Program-made: the position numbers and the translations under genes
The notes under the pieces: model-generated
What the model saw: the letters and a program-made list of their open reading frames with translations, nothing else
Databases searched by the model: none
Told to the model about the DNA's origin: nothing
Assembly: GCA_041584055.1 (NCBI GenBank)
Contig: JBFHER010000001.1
Span: 17,143-81,142, forward strand
Reading direction: 5' to 3'
DNA from: Bacteroidales bacterium
GTDB taxonomy: Bacteria > Bacteroidota > Bacteroidia > Bacteroidales > UBA5342
Length of the DNA: 64,000 nucleotides
In this document: piece by piece, positions 11,801 through 20,694 of the stretch
How positions within the stretch are numbered: the stretch's first letter is position 1
Layout: each line of letters starts with the position of its first letter

Positions 11801-12041
11801 TGAGGATGGTTCATATTTACGATTGAAAAATTTAACCTTAAGCTACGATGTTAATCGAAAAGTGATGGGACTTTCCAGTCTTAAAGTTTTTGCAACAGCA
11901 ACCAATGTTTTCACCTTAAGTAAATATTTAGGCTACGATCCCGAGTTTAGCTATTCTCAGGATATGGTGAGTCAGGGAGTTGATTATGCTAATATGCCTG
12001 TAAGTAAGCAGTTTATGTTAGGTGTGAAAATCGGACTGTAA
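8892..12041 (+). CDS. SusC/RagA-family TonB-dependent outer-membrane transporter (pair 2)
   Basis: 1049 aa. 'ISGLVLNDAKQPVSQVTINIPG' (CarboxypepD_reg-like). 'VNIRGYSSFLSNNQPLYIIDGLPI' and 'VLKDAAATALYGAKGANGVVIIKT' (plug). Barrel terminus 'LGVKIGL'. Confidence 0.95.
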   Translation: MNRLLTKFAFVILTLFLTLPGFGQSTKMISGLVLNDAKQPVSQVTINIPGSKPVYTGEDGVFSIPRVDKKEWLFVTPLEGEGYNPKKILLIDQEQITIYLTSSDIESPYAEVLTPLDNKTSRDIISSFNVLEPDKFVNMPYTSTEQYLQGNVSGTFVTQSSGMPGSGASVNIRGYSSFLSNNQPLYIIDGLPIENSNIYDGLLEGVNFSPISTLDPLDVSEITVLKDAAATALYGAKGANGVVIIKTLEPKETKTTINFLYRTGLSLAPEQLPQLNAKAYKTLANEMLFSSGMAEEEYKDSYPGLFLTSADNDFIRYNHNKNWQDEVFNNAVMNNVRFSIKGGDAIAKYGLSVGYLKNNGIVKNTSYDRLNIRLIGAFDIFSWLKMDVASNLTTSTSFLEESGLSPVTNPLLSALWKSPMLNPYEYDDDGNLLKIIDEVDQLGTSNPTAIVDLSEARSKNYRFMTSVNLTGEITESLRFTSLIGLNSSNTKESLFIPDRGFDLLYDGEVFNESKGQNNSLFTFYNDNRIFYNKAINRVHALYGAIGLRWQTNQYDQDYGIARNTSSDYFTNLNRGTNLLNIIGGNNRAWNWGALYSNLSYAYADKYLVSAILSSDISSRVGKNAANTLKVGDMPVGIFYSLAGAWRISNEKFFADVDAIEEVKLRASYGVTGNDDVGEVNSFSHYLVSQYRDASVLIPGGLANDELTFQTKKQFNIGLDFSVLANRLHFTVNYFDNKNDNVVIMELQNSYLGYDTYPTNSASFFTTGFETEAFWRVVSHTDFSFDLGLNVSKYSTIIDQIASGQQIVDAPGQMQIINRVGEPINSFYGYRFKGVYATSQEANEANMYNFRKLPYRAGDAIYENVPDENGNLDNVIDKNDKQVLGSFEPDLFGGFFMNARYRNISLNVFFQGVYGNEVYNYLRQQNESMTGLENQSIKTLQRWQYEGQQTMVPQATWGDPMGNSDFSDRWIEDGSYLRLKNLTLSYDVNRKVMGLSSLKVFATATNVFTLSKYLGYDPEFSYSQDMVSQGVDYANMPVSKQFMLGVKIGL

Positions 12042-12088
12042 GCCGGAATAGGCATTATTATTTTGTATAAATACAATAATTTGAAAAA

Positions 12089-13963
12089 ATGAAAAAGATA
12101 GTATTTTATATTCTATTGTTACTTCTTATAAGCACAGGATGTGAAGATTTTTTAAACCCTGAACAAGGTTTGGTGTTGCCCGAAAGTCAGGTGCCTGCTG
12201 ATGAAGTTGAATTGCGTTCAATCAGTTTGGGTTTGTATCGTTTGCAACAGGATTTGGTTGAACAGATTGTAATCCTGGGAGAATTGCGTGGCGACCTTTT
12301 AGTGGTCACTGATAATGCAGATCCGGATTTAAGAGAAATAAACTCTTTTCAGGTAAGCGCCAGCAATAAATATGCCAGTCCTTCAAATTTTTACAGACTC
12401 ATTGCTGCCAGTAATAAGGTGATTCGAATATTGGAAGCGTTGTATCCCGAGGTAATGGACGAGAACTCAACCGTAACAAATTACCACCGCCTGTATGGGG
12501 AGGCCATTGTTATGCGCTCCTGGGCATACTTCTATGCAGTAAGGATTTTTAATGAAGTACCCTATATTCCTGAAACTCTGAACACCATCGAAGAGATTAA
12601 CGCATATGTTAACTCACCAGGAGAATATACCGACAGTGTTTACGTTGATTACGCCCCAAATGGTTTGGATACCCACACCGTGTTTGATACCACTTTTATT
12701 TACACCGACAGAAAGTTCTTAAATCAGGACATGATGACGCGTCAGTGTATCAAAGACATCAGAGAAAAAGTTCGATATGTTGGTGTTGATTACTCGAACA
12801 AGGATGAAGTAAACGACCCGACATGGAACATTACAGTGTGGAACGAAGATGCACTTCAGGCATTTCTCGTGCAAATGTATATGCACATCAATAACTACGA
12901 CGATGCTCTGGCCATTCTAGTGCCCACATTTTTACGACGCACCGTTGAAAATGTAGACGATACATACATTAAATATGCTGTGGATAACAGGTTTGCCGGA
13001 AATGCCTGGAGCTCCATTTTTACATCAATCGATAACCTGGAACACATATTTACCCTACAGTTCCAAAAAACGCAAGCCTCGTGGCAGCTAAATAATCTCC
13101 AGCACTATTTTTCAATAATGCCTCCCAATATCTATGCTGTTAAGCCTACCGCGAAGTCCATTCGTTTGTGGGAGTCTCAGTGGAAAAATTATAGCATCAA
13201 TACAACGAATCCTAACAATGCTTATACAATAAATCCCGGAATTCCCGGCGATTTCTCAAGAGGGTATGGCAGTTCGTATATCTATGTTAAAAATGGTGTG
13301 CCTCTTGAAAAGACTCAGGTGTCAGAAATGCTCAATCTTAAGCTGCTTGGAAACTGGGATGAAGTAAACGACATCATGCAAGGTGTGGATACGGTGGCTT
13401 ACAAATATACAATCGGAAGATCTCCTTTTGACAAAGATGCCAACTTTATCGTTTACCGTGCAGCAGCAATGCATTTATATGCAGCGGAATTAATGACTAA
13501 CCGTCAATACATGGAAGGAAACAGTTTCCGTCACGATCTTTTTGCTGCTGAAGATTATATTTATACAGGCGATTATATTAGTTCCAATGATAACCGCATG
13601 GGTACTTCAGGAAGAGCCGGTTTTTCATCTAAGCTTGGTAAAACAGCAGACAGGGATCGTTATTACATATTTGACCCAAATACGAACGAAATCATTGGCT
13701 ATAAAAGCATTGCTTCCACCTTGCTTCAACAGTTGTATTTAGAGGATATTATCATGGACGAACGTGCCCGTGAATTGGCATTTGAAGGAGAACGTTTTTA
13801 CGACTTCGTTCGAATGGCAAGACGTCGAGAAAAAGCAGGGAATAATGGAATCGAATGGCTGGCAACAAAAATTTCAGAATCACGTCCTGAGAACGAAAGA
13901 TCTGCAATTAAAGCTCGTTTAATGGATGAGAATAACTGGTACCTGCCATTCATCCTGAAGTAA
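12089..13963 (+). CDS. SusD/RagB-family nutrient-binding lipoprotein (pair 2)
   Basis: 'STGCEDFLNPEQ' lipobox and SusD start. 'MRSWAYFYAVRIFNEVPYI'. 'ERARELAFEGERFYDFVRMARR'. Confidence 0.93.
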   Translation: MKKIVFYILLLLLISTGCEDFLNPEQGLVLPESQVPADEVELRSISLGLYRLQQDLVEQIVILGELRGDLLVVTDNADPDLREINSFQVSASNKYASPSNFYRLIAASNKVIRILEALYPEVMDENSTVTNYHRLYGEAIVMRSWAYFYAVRIFNEVPYIPETLNTIEEINAYVNSPGEYTDSVYVDYAPNGLDTHTVFDTTFIYTDRKFLNQDMMTRQCIKDIREKVRYVGVDYSNKDEVNDPTWNITVWNEDALQAFLVQMYMHINNYDDALAILVPTFLRRTVENVDDTYIKYAVDNRFAGNAWSSIFTSIDNLEHIFTLQFQKTQASWQLNNLQHYFSIMPPNIYAVKPTAKSIRLWESQWKNYSINTTNPNNAYTINPGIPGDFSRGYGSSYIYVKNGVPLEKTQVSEMLNLKLLGNWDEVNDIMQGVDTVAYKYTIGRSPFDKDANFIVYRAAAMHLYAAELMTNRQYMEGNSFRHDLFAAEDYIYTGDYISSNDNRMGTSGRAGFSSKLGKTADRDRYYIFDPNTNEIIGYKSIASTLLQQLYLEDIIMDERARELAFEGERFYDFVRMARRREKAGNNGIEWLATKISESRPENERSAIKARLMDENNWYLPFILK

Positions 13964-14032
13964 TACGACCTGGTTTATATGAATAATCATTTATTAATTT
14001 AGATTGTATATGTTGAGTTATTTGGACAATTT

Positions 14033-14075
14033 GTTAACTGTTGGAAACTCATTCCATGAGTTTTCAATGGTTAAC
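14033..14075 (+). other. Long strand-specific RNA hairpin (20-bp stem, 3-nt loop) in the susD-GH5 intergenic region
   Basis: Left arm gttaactgttggaaactcat, loop tcc, right arm atgagttttcaatggttaac. On the + strand transcript all 20 positions pair if three G-U wobbles are allowed. On the opposite strand those positions would be C-A mismatches. Confidence 0.35.
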
Positions 14076-14097
14076 ATCTTATTCTGAATCTATTAAC

Positions 14098-14120
14098 AAA
14101 CCACATTATATGTGGTTTTT
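14098..14120 (+). terminator. Candidate intrinsic terminator after the SusC/D-FAS1 block
   Basis: Perfect 9-bp stem aaaccacat / atgtggttt with loop tat. It runs directly into a T tract (tgtggtttttc), about 135 nt after the susD-like stop. Confidence 0.4.
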
Positions 14121-14225
14121 CTGTAGGAGCTTGTATCAGAAATGCCTGTGCTGATGTGGCATGCCTCAGGGATGCAAACCAGATCTCTGCTCAATTTTTA
14201 ATATCATCTATTTACATTCAAAAAT

Positions 14226-15605
14226 ATGAAAAGTCTTGTTATTACCAGCATTCTTATTTTTTCATCACTCCTTGTATCAGCCGGAATGAATCATGCTCTG
14301 CGTGATGAAAATGGTCGGCATGTTATCAATCGTGGTTATGTTGTTGTTACGAATGAAGGCAATTTTACAAAAGAAGATTATTTGCGAATGGTTCGGCTTG
14401 GTGCAAATGCTCAGGTGATTCGCTTAGAATTGGGAAGACTTAGCTCTTTTCCGGGAGCAGTATTGAGTCAGGATTATTTGCTTAAACTTGACTCACTTGT
14501 ACATTTTGGGAAAAATGCCGGTTTAACAACTATATTTAAAATGACCGTTTATGGTGTTAGTAAGTTTTCCTGGGAGGAATTCTGGAAGAATGAAAATAAT
14601 GAACATCAAATTTATACGGATGCATGGATGGTGGTCTGGAAAAGATACAAAAATGAATCATCCGTCATTGGTTATGACATTGTAAATGAACCAAGGAAAT
14701 TATCAATGGACATTTCTTATAATGACCTTACAAATCAATATCTCATTCCACTTTATCAGCAATTGATCGATGCATCACAGAAGGTCAATCCTGACAAATA
14801 CTGTCTTCTGCAATCCATTTTTATGAATAAAGGAGAAAAAGTAAACGGGAATCAGTATGCTGAAATTACAAGACGCGTAAACCGGAAGAATATTCTGTTT
14901 GCGCCTCACATCTATCAGCAGGAAAAAGACCTTGTATTACCGACATTGCTACGCTTCGAAAAGGAATCTGACTTGCTTCATGCACCTGTATATATTGGTG
15001 AATGGGGATTTCCTACCTTTGCCACAACAGATTCAACAATAAACGGTAATCTTGGGCAATTGAACTACATTGATTTTTACATCCGCACAGCTGAGCTGTT
15101 CGACAGTTTGGGAATGAATACAATAAAAGCATGGTTCTCCGGTAATCCAAGAATGCAAAATTTTATGGCGGGAGGACGTTCTACCTGGGCTATTTTTAGC
15201 GATAAAAATGCAATTGGCACTGTGGAACGTAAATACATTACCGACATCATAGCACGCCCTTATCCGCAATGTATCGCCGGTGATATTCACGCCTTTAAAT
15301 ACGATTTCTCCACGCGAAGTCTTGATGTCCATCTTAAAACAGATAACAGCAAGGGGGCTTCTAAACTATTTATCGGGGCCGACCGACACTATCCAGATGG
15401 ATTTTCAGTTGTATGTAACGATCTGTTTGTTATGAGTTTTAATCCATTAAAAAATACAGGATTGGAAGTTTTTAGTACAGATGAGAACAGTAATCCTGCT
15501 GATTTTATATGGGATGAGAGCCGGCAACAATTGGTCATCCTGAAGTGGCCGACGGATAAGTCTGATCTGCATCTAAAGATAGTTCCTGGAATAAATAATA
15601 AGTAA
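14226..15605 (+). CDS. Secreted clan GH-A glycoside hydrolase, GH5-like
   Basis: Signal peptide. 'VIGYDIVNEPRK' (NEP acid/base motif) and 'VYIGEWGFP' (nucleophile Glu context), at spacing typical of GH5 TIM barrels. Confidence 0.7.
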   Translation: MKSLVITSILIFSSLLVSAGMNHALRDENGRHVINRGYVVVTNEGNFTKEDYLRMVRLGANAQVIRLELGRLSSFPGAVLSQDYLLKLDSLVHFGKNAGLTTIFKMTVYGVSKFSWEEFWKNENNEHQIYTDAWMVVWKRYKNESSVIGYDIVNEPRKLSMDISYNDLTNQYLIPLYQQLIDASQKVNPDKYCLLQSIFMNKGEKVNGNQYAEITRRVNRKNILFAPHIYQQEKDLVLPTLLRFEKESDLLHAPVYIGEWGFPTFATTDSTINGNLGQLNYIDFYIRTAELFDSLGMNTIKAWFSGNPRMQNFMAGGRSTWAIFSDKNAIGTVERKYITDIIARPYPQCIAGDIHAFKYDFSTRSLDVHLKTDNSKGASKLFIGADRHYPDGFSVVCNDLFVMSFNPLKNTGLEVFSTDENSNPADFIWDESRQQLVILKWPTDKSDLHLKIVPGINNK

Positions 15606-15696
15606 GAACGAATTGTCAGAAAAAGGGATAAGTCTGTTGGGCAATTCGTTTTAGAAAAGAAAATGGTCAACGCTAAAAAGTAATCAACAACATAAA

Positions 15697-18600
15697 ATGA
15701 ATATGCACACATCAGGCATTTTTAAACAACGAAGAACTGGAATTTTGTTGGCAATGATTTTTGTTTCAATGCTGGTTTTTTCGCAACGTACAACCACAAA
15801 TTTTAATCATAACTGGCGTTTTGTTCTGGAGGACAATGCATCCTTTTGGCAGGAACATGTGGATGACGCTTCCTGGCGTGTTTTAAATGTTCCACATGAC
15901 TGGTCCTTCGAAAAAGGGGTTAGAGTAGGAGGAGATCAAGGACAGGGGGGAGGTTATCATGATGGAGGAATTGCCTGGTATCGCAAAACTTTTATGGTTA
16001 ATAAAAGGAGTTTGTCGATGGTAAACTATATTCAGTTTGATGGGGTTTATATGAACAGTGAAGTCTGGATAAATGGTCATTACCTTGGGAAAAGACCCTA
16101 TGGTTACATCAGTTTTCGTTACGATATTTCAAATTATTTAAAGGAAGGAAGCAACCGAATTGCAGTGAGAGTTGATAATGGGTTGGAACCTTCGGCTCGT
16201 TGGTACCATCCCTGCGGTATTTATGCGCCGGTTACCTTAACAGAAGTGCATCCAACACACATAGCCCCAAATGGAATATGTATAACTACCCCGGAGATAG
16301 GCAGTTCAAAAGCCTCTGTGAAAACCCACCTACACATCCTTGGCGATCCCAAAAACAAGGTATTAAAAAACCGTATCCTTTCTCCTTCAGGTGAGACGCT
16401 GATTTACAGTACTCAAAAATTAAACAAAGCTCAAAATGTAGAAAGCGAACTGGTCGTAAAAAAACCAAAATTATGGAGTCCGGAAACACCGTTTTTATAT
16501 ACACTTGTTTCACAGATTTACGATGGGAAAGATGTGATTGATGAAGTCAGAACACCTTTTGGATTCAGAACAGTAGAATGGAAAACAGAAACAGGGTTCT
16601 GGCTAAATGGACAGAATGTAAAACTTAAGGGCGTTTGCGAACATTGGGAAGGAGGACCCGTCGGAGGTGCGTGGACAAAGCCAATGTTGCGATGGAAACT
16701 ACAGCTGTTAAAAGAGATGGGGATCAATGCCATTCGTCCGTCTCACAATCCAACACCGCCCATGTTTTATGATATTTGCGATGAAATTGGCTTGTTGGTA
16801 ATGGATGAGATCTTTGACGGCTGGCACAAAAAAGCACCAGAAGATTATGGAAAACAGGCTTTTGACACCTGGTGGAAGCGTGACATGGAAGAATGGATTA
16901 CGCGGGATCGCAATCATCCAAGCATTTTTGTGTATAGCCTGGGCAATGAAACGCACAGTGATGTTGCACCTGAACTGGTCGCTTTTGGCAAAAGTTTAGA
17001 CAGCACCCGTTTATTTACCTCCGGTGCGGGGAATAGCGAAGACATGGATATCATCGGGGTTAATGGCGGTTCAGAAACGCAATTATTTCTCGAAAATAGT
17101 ACATTTGATAAACCATTTGTCTCAACAGAAGCCCCACATACATGGCAAACACGGGGCTATTACCGCACACAAACATGGTGGCGCGATAATGAATTGCCAG
17201 GGACTTACCCTTTGCCGGATTTAACAGAAAAAGAGATTTTCTTTTATGAAGGATTAAATCCTAAAGACTGGAAAAACAGAAAGCAACGCTTCAATTCATC
17301 TTACGACAATGCAACGGTTCGAATTTGTGCAAGAAAAAACTGGGAGGTAATGCGGGATACCCCCTGGCACAGTGGCCATTTCCGTTGGACAGGTTTTGAT
17401 TATTACGGCGAAGCAGGTTTAGCACATGGTGGCTTGCCTTTTAATTTATTTATGGGAGGCGTGCTTGATGTGGCTGGCTTTCAGAAGGATTTGTATTATT
17501 TCTATCAAAGTCAGTGGACCACCAAAACAATGCTTCATATGCTTCCGGGTTGGACACACCCAGGTATGAAAGAGGGGACGCTAATTCCCGTATGGGTGTA
17601 TTCCAATGCAGAAGAAGTAGAATTGTTCTTAAATGGAAAATCATTGGGAAAAGATAAGCCCGGGACGGTTTGGAACGAAATGCAATGCGAGTGGATGGTC
17701 CCTTTTCATACCGGGACCATAGAAGCCGTTGCTTTTAACAATGGTAAAGAAGTCAAACGAACTTCGTTTAGCACAAGCAAACAGCCATCGAAATTGCGGA
17801 ACACACTTACAAGGTTAAATGCTGAAGATGGTTTCCCCACGAGTTATATAATCACAACTGAAGGGATGGATGCGCATGGAAACCTGTTTCCATATGCCGA
17901 AAATAAGGTGTATTACAAGCTACAGGGAGATTTAAAGAAAGTGTCCATCGAAAATGGAAATCCAATCGATCAGGTGAGTCGTACAAAAGAAAACTTCAGA
18001 CAAATGTTTTTCGGAAAAGTAAGGCTGTTTCTAGAAGAGAAAGAAAATGCTCAACAGGGATCCGTTATTTATGCATCTATTTTGGGTGATAAAGCATTGC
18101 GTCTGTCCAAAACAATTGCAATTGACGCAAATCAATCCGTCATTCTTGGGAATGAAACAGATTGTAATTTAGACATAAAATACACCGTCGATGGTACAAG
18201 TCCGGAGACGCACGGCATCACGTATACAAAACCTTTTGAAGTACTTGATGGAACCACTGTAAAGGCCATTGTACTGCAAGGGGAGACCATTGTTTTAAAA
18301 ATGGATGAGGTCTTTGGAAAAGATGAAGGTCTGTTTTGGGGAAACGAACATGCTGCAGATATGTGGAAAGGCAGAGGTGTGAATATCCCTGCAGAAGATG
18401 CGACGCTTGAGGGAGGTGCCGTGGCTGATAACGACGCACATCATTTTAAGGGCAGTGGTTATGTTATGTTTCAGGGTAGAGAAGGTGCTGTTACCTGGTA
18501 CAAAGAAAATGATGGTGAAGCAGGCGATTACAGCATTCGATTCAGGTACATGCACAATGATACTGATAAGTACTATCCCATGAAACTATTTGTGAATAAT

Positions 18601-18759
18601 GAATACGTGCTTACTTTTGAATTTGAAGCAACCGGCGGATGGGTTCAGAATTGGAAATTTGTAAATACAATTGTGAATTTTAAATCGGGCGCAAATCATA
18701 TTAGGCTCGAAACGTCCGGAGAAAGCGGACCTTACATTGATGAACTCTTTATTGATTAA
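15697..18759 (+). CDS. GH2-family glycoside hydrolase (beta-galactosidase/beta-glucuronidase-like) with C-terminal CHB_HEX_C-like and CBM6/35-like modules
   Basis: 'NHNWRF...WRVLNVPHDWS' GH2 sugar-binding start. 'NHPSIFVYSLGNETH' (acid/base). 'FVSTEAPHTW' (nucleophile region). 'DIKYTVDGTSPE..YTKPFEV' module. Tail 'GSGYVMFQG..GDYSIRFRY..IRLETSG..YIDELFID' resembles CBM6/35. Confidence 0.88.
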   Translation: MNMHTSGIFKQRRTGILLAMIFVSMLVFSQRTTTNFNHNWRFVLEDNASFWQEHVDDASWRVLNVPHDWSFEKGVRVGGDQGQGGGYHDGGIAWYRKTFMVNKRSLSMVNYIQFDGVYMNSEVWINGHYLGKRPYGYISFRYDISNYLKEGSNRIAVRVDNGLEPSARWYHPCGIYAPVTLTEVHPTHIAPNGICITTPEIGSSKASVKTHLHILGDPKNKVLKNRILSPSGETLIYSTQKLNKAQNVESELVVKKPKLWSPETPFLYTLVSQIYDGKDVIDEVRTPFGFRTVEWKTETGFWLNGQNVKLKGVCEHWEGGPVGGAWTKPMLRWKLQLLKEMGINAIRPSHNPTPPMFYDICDEIGLLVMDEIFDGWHKKAPEDYGKQAFDTWWKRDMEEWITRDRNHPSIFVYSLGNETHSDVAPELVAFGKSLDSTRLFTSGAGNSEDMDIIGVNGGSETQLFLENSTFDKPFVSTEAPHTWQTRGYYRTQTWWRDNELPGTYPLPDLTEKEIFFYEGLNPKDWKNRKQRFNSSYDNATVRICARKNWEVMRDTPWHSGHFRWTGFDYYGEAGLAHGGLPFNLFMGGVLDVAGFQKDLYYFYQSQWTTKTMLHMLPGWTHPGMKEGTLIPVWVYSNAEEVELFLNGKSLGKDKPGTVWNEMQCEWMVPFHTGTIEAVAFNNGKEVKRTSFSTSKQPSKLRNTLTRLNAEDGFPTSYIITTEGMDAHGNLFPYAENKVYYKLQGDLKKVSIENGNPIDQVSRTKENFRQMFFGKVRLFLEEKENAQQGSVIYASILGDKALRLSKTIAIDANQSVILGNETDCNLDIKYTVDGTSPETHGITYTKPFEVLDGTTVKAIVLQGETIVLKMDEVFGKDEGLFWGNEHAADMWKGRGVNIPAEDATLEGGAVADNDAHHFKGSGYVMFQGREGAVTWYKENDGEAGDYSIRFRYMHNDTDKYYPMKLFVNNEYVLTFEFEATGGWVQNWKFVNTIVNFKSGANHIRLETSGESGPYIDELFID

Positions 18760-18762
18760 GAA

Positions 18763-20694
18763 ATGGAAAGAAGAGGTTTTATTCGACTATCGGCCATTAC
18801 CGGTTTAGGATTTTCACTGGCACCCCTAAAGGCATGCAATGCACCCTTCAATGACACAGGGCATTCAAAGGAAACCATGAAGCTGTACTACTCCCTCCTT
18901 AAGGATTGGTGTGATGGCATGATCCATATTCAGGTTGTAAATCCGAATGATATGACAGTGCATGGATCTCTTGATTGTCCCTCCTGTTTACATATTCATG
19001 GTCGGTGCATGGATGCGGTTTATCCTTTTATGTTTATGGCGGATAAAACTGGAGAAAAGAAGTATTTAGATGCGGCGGTTTTAGTAATGCAATGGGCTGA
19101 AAACAACGTGTCGCAGGAAGATGGAAGTTGGACCGTGATTCCAAATCCAAAATCCTGGAAGGGAATATCGGTCTTTGGGGCCATTGCTCTGGCCGAAGGA
19201 CTTCACTATCATGGACATATTCTGGATGATGATTTGCGGCAGCAATGGATGGATCGTTTGGCTCGGGTGGGGGACTATATTTACAAGACTTTTACAATTT
19301 CATTTACGAATATTAACTATGGTGGAACTGCTGTATATGGACTAAATCTTTTAGGTCGTGTCCTTGGAAATGATAGCTTTATAGTTAAAAGTCATCGCCT
19401 CGCGGCCGATGTAAAAGCCTATTTTACAAAGAATAACAATCTGCTCTTTGGTGAAATTAAACCTGATTCTAACAAAACAAGCGCCAAGGGATTAAAAGGG
19501 GTTGATTTAGGGTACAATGTAGAAGAAACCCTAAACGGACTGGTAATGTATGCCCTGCACGAAAAGGATGAAGAATTGCTTCAGATTCTGCAAAAATCTC
19601 TGGACAGTCATTTGGCATTTATGTTGCCTGATGGCGCCTGGGACAACAGTTGGGGAACACGACAATACAAATGGAGTTACTGGGGAAGTCGCACCTGTGA
19701 TGGGAGTCAACCTGCGTTTGCAATGATGGCTAAGTACAATGGTGCCTATGCTACTGCAGCCATTAAAAACACAGAGCTGCTCAGGCGCTGCACAGCAAAC
19801 GGACTCTTGCATGGTGGTCCACACTTTGTGTCGCATGGGGTTAAACCGTGTGTGCATCATACCTTTGCACACGCAAAACCTTTGGCTTCTTTGTTGGACC
19901 ATTGGGCGCATTTGCCAGAACAAAACACCAATATACCTTTGCCTCGTGAAGTGGTTGATGGCCTGACATACTATAAAGACCTGGATGTTTCGCTTTTTGC
20001 CCGGGGTGATTGGCGAGGAACGATATCTGCTTACGATGCGGAGTACCATTACAAGCATGACTACCGTCAGGCTACCGGCGGGGCATTGGCCATGTTATAT
20101 CACGCCAAAGTAGGCACAATATTAACTGCAAGCATGGCTGTTTATAAGTTGGTTGAAGTGAATAATCAACAGGAGGCAGCCGGTGAGGATATTGCTCTTA
20201 CACCACGAGTAGAGACCTATAAAGATGGGGTTTGGTTCACCAACCTATTTGATCTTACCGCAACTTTTAAGTCAGCGGATGTGGACGGAAAAATAGGCAT
20301 AGATGCAGATGTTCTCCTAAAAAACGAATCGCGTGATGTCGTAAACGGCACAGCCAATCAGTTTAAATTAACCTATACCTGTACTGTAGATAAAATGCAG
20401 ATAGCGGTATCAACTTATCAGGATATTATAGGAAAAACTGCACTGGTATTGCCCATCGTTTCACAAACAGGAGAAAAAATTTCCTGGAATTCACCTTCCG
20501 AAATGACAATTGAAAAAAGCAATGGGCTGGTGCTTGTCAAAGCAAATGCACCCCTTGGTATAAAAAGCATGTCGGGAACCCGCACGTTTAATCAGGTTCC
20601 AGGTGTAGAGGCAATTCCTGTGATTGCAACGATTCCTGAGGGTGAACAGTCTGTAACTGTTACCATTGAGATTGTGTCGTATGTTGACTTTTAG
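18763..20694 (+). CDS. Tat-signal protein of unknown function; predicted alpha-helical toroid plus beta-sandwich architecture with a Cys-rich motif
   Basis: N-terminus 'MERRGFIRLSAITGLGFSLAP' fits the twin-arginine consensus (RRxF-hydrophobic-K/R). 'CPSCLHIHGRC' cluster. Helix-rich first ~400 aa, beta-rich last ~230 aa. Starts 3 nt after the GH2 stop and is followed by GH105. I recognise no family. Confidence 0.6.
   Translation: MERRGFIRLSAITGLGFSLAPLKACNAPFNDTGHSKETMKLYYSLLKDWCDGMIHIQVVNPNDMTVHGSLDCPSCLHIHGRCMDAVYPFMFMADKTGEKKYLDAAVLVMQWAENNVSQEDGSWTVIPNPKSWKGISVFGAIALAEGLHYHGHILDDDLRQQWMDRLARVGDYIYKTFTISFTNINYGGTAVYGLNLLGRVLGNDSFIVKSHRLAADVKAYFTKNNNLLFGEIKPDSNKTSAKGLKGVDLGYNVEETLNGLVMYALHEKDEELLQILQKSLDSHLAFMLPDGAWDNSWGTRQYKWSYWGSRTCDGSQPAFAMMAKYNGAYATAAIKNTELLRRCTANGLLHGGPHFVSHGVKPCVHHTFAHAKPLASLLDHWAHLPEQNTNIPLPREVVDGLTYYKDLDVSLFARGDWRGTISAYDAEYHYKHDYRQATGGALAMLYHAKVGTILTASMAVYKLVEVNNQQEAAGEDIALTPRVETYKDGVWFTNLFDLTATFKSADVDGKIGIDADVLLKNESRDVVNGTANQFKLTYTCTVDKMQIAVSTYQDIIGKTALVLPIVSQTGEKISWNSPSEMTIEKSNGLVLVKANAPLGIKSMSGTRTFNQVPGVEAIPVIATIPEGEQSVTVTIEIVSYVDF

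Noticed and set aside
19531-20058. 175-aa minus-strand ORF inside the Tat-protein gene
   Set aside because: It lies fully within a much longer + strand ORF that has coherent protein-like composition. The product is Cys/Arg/Gln-rich with no recognisable motif or start context. This is a typical antisense shadow ORF.
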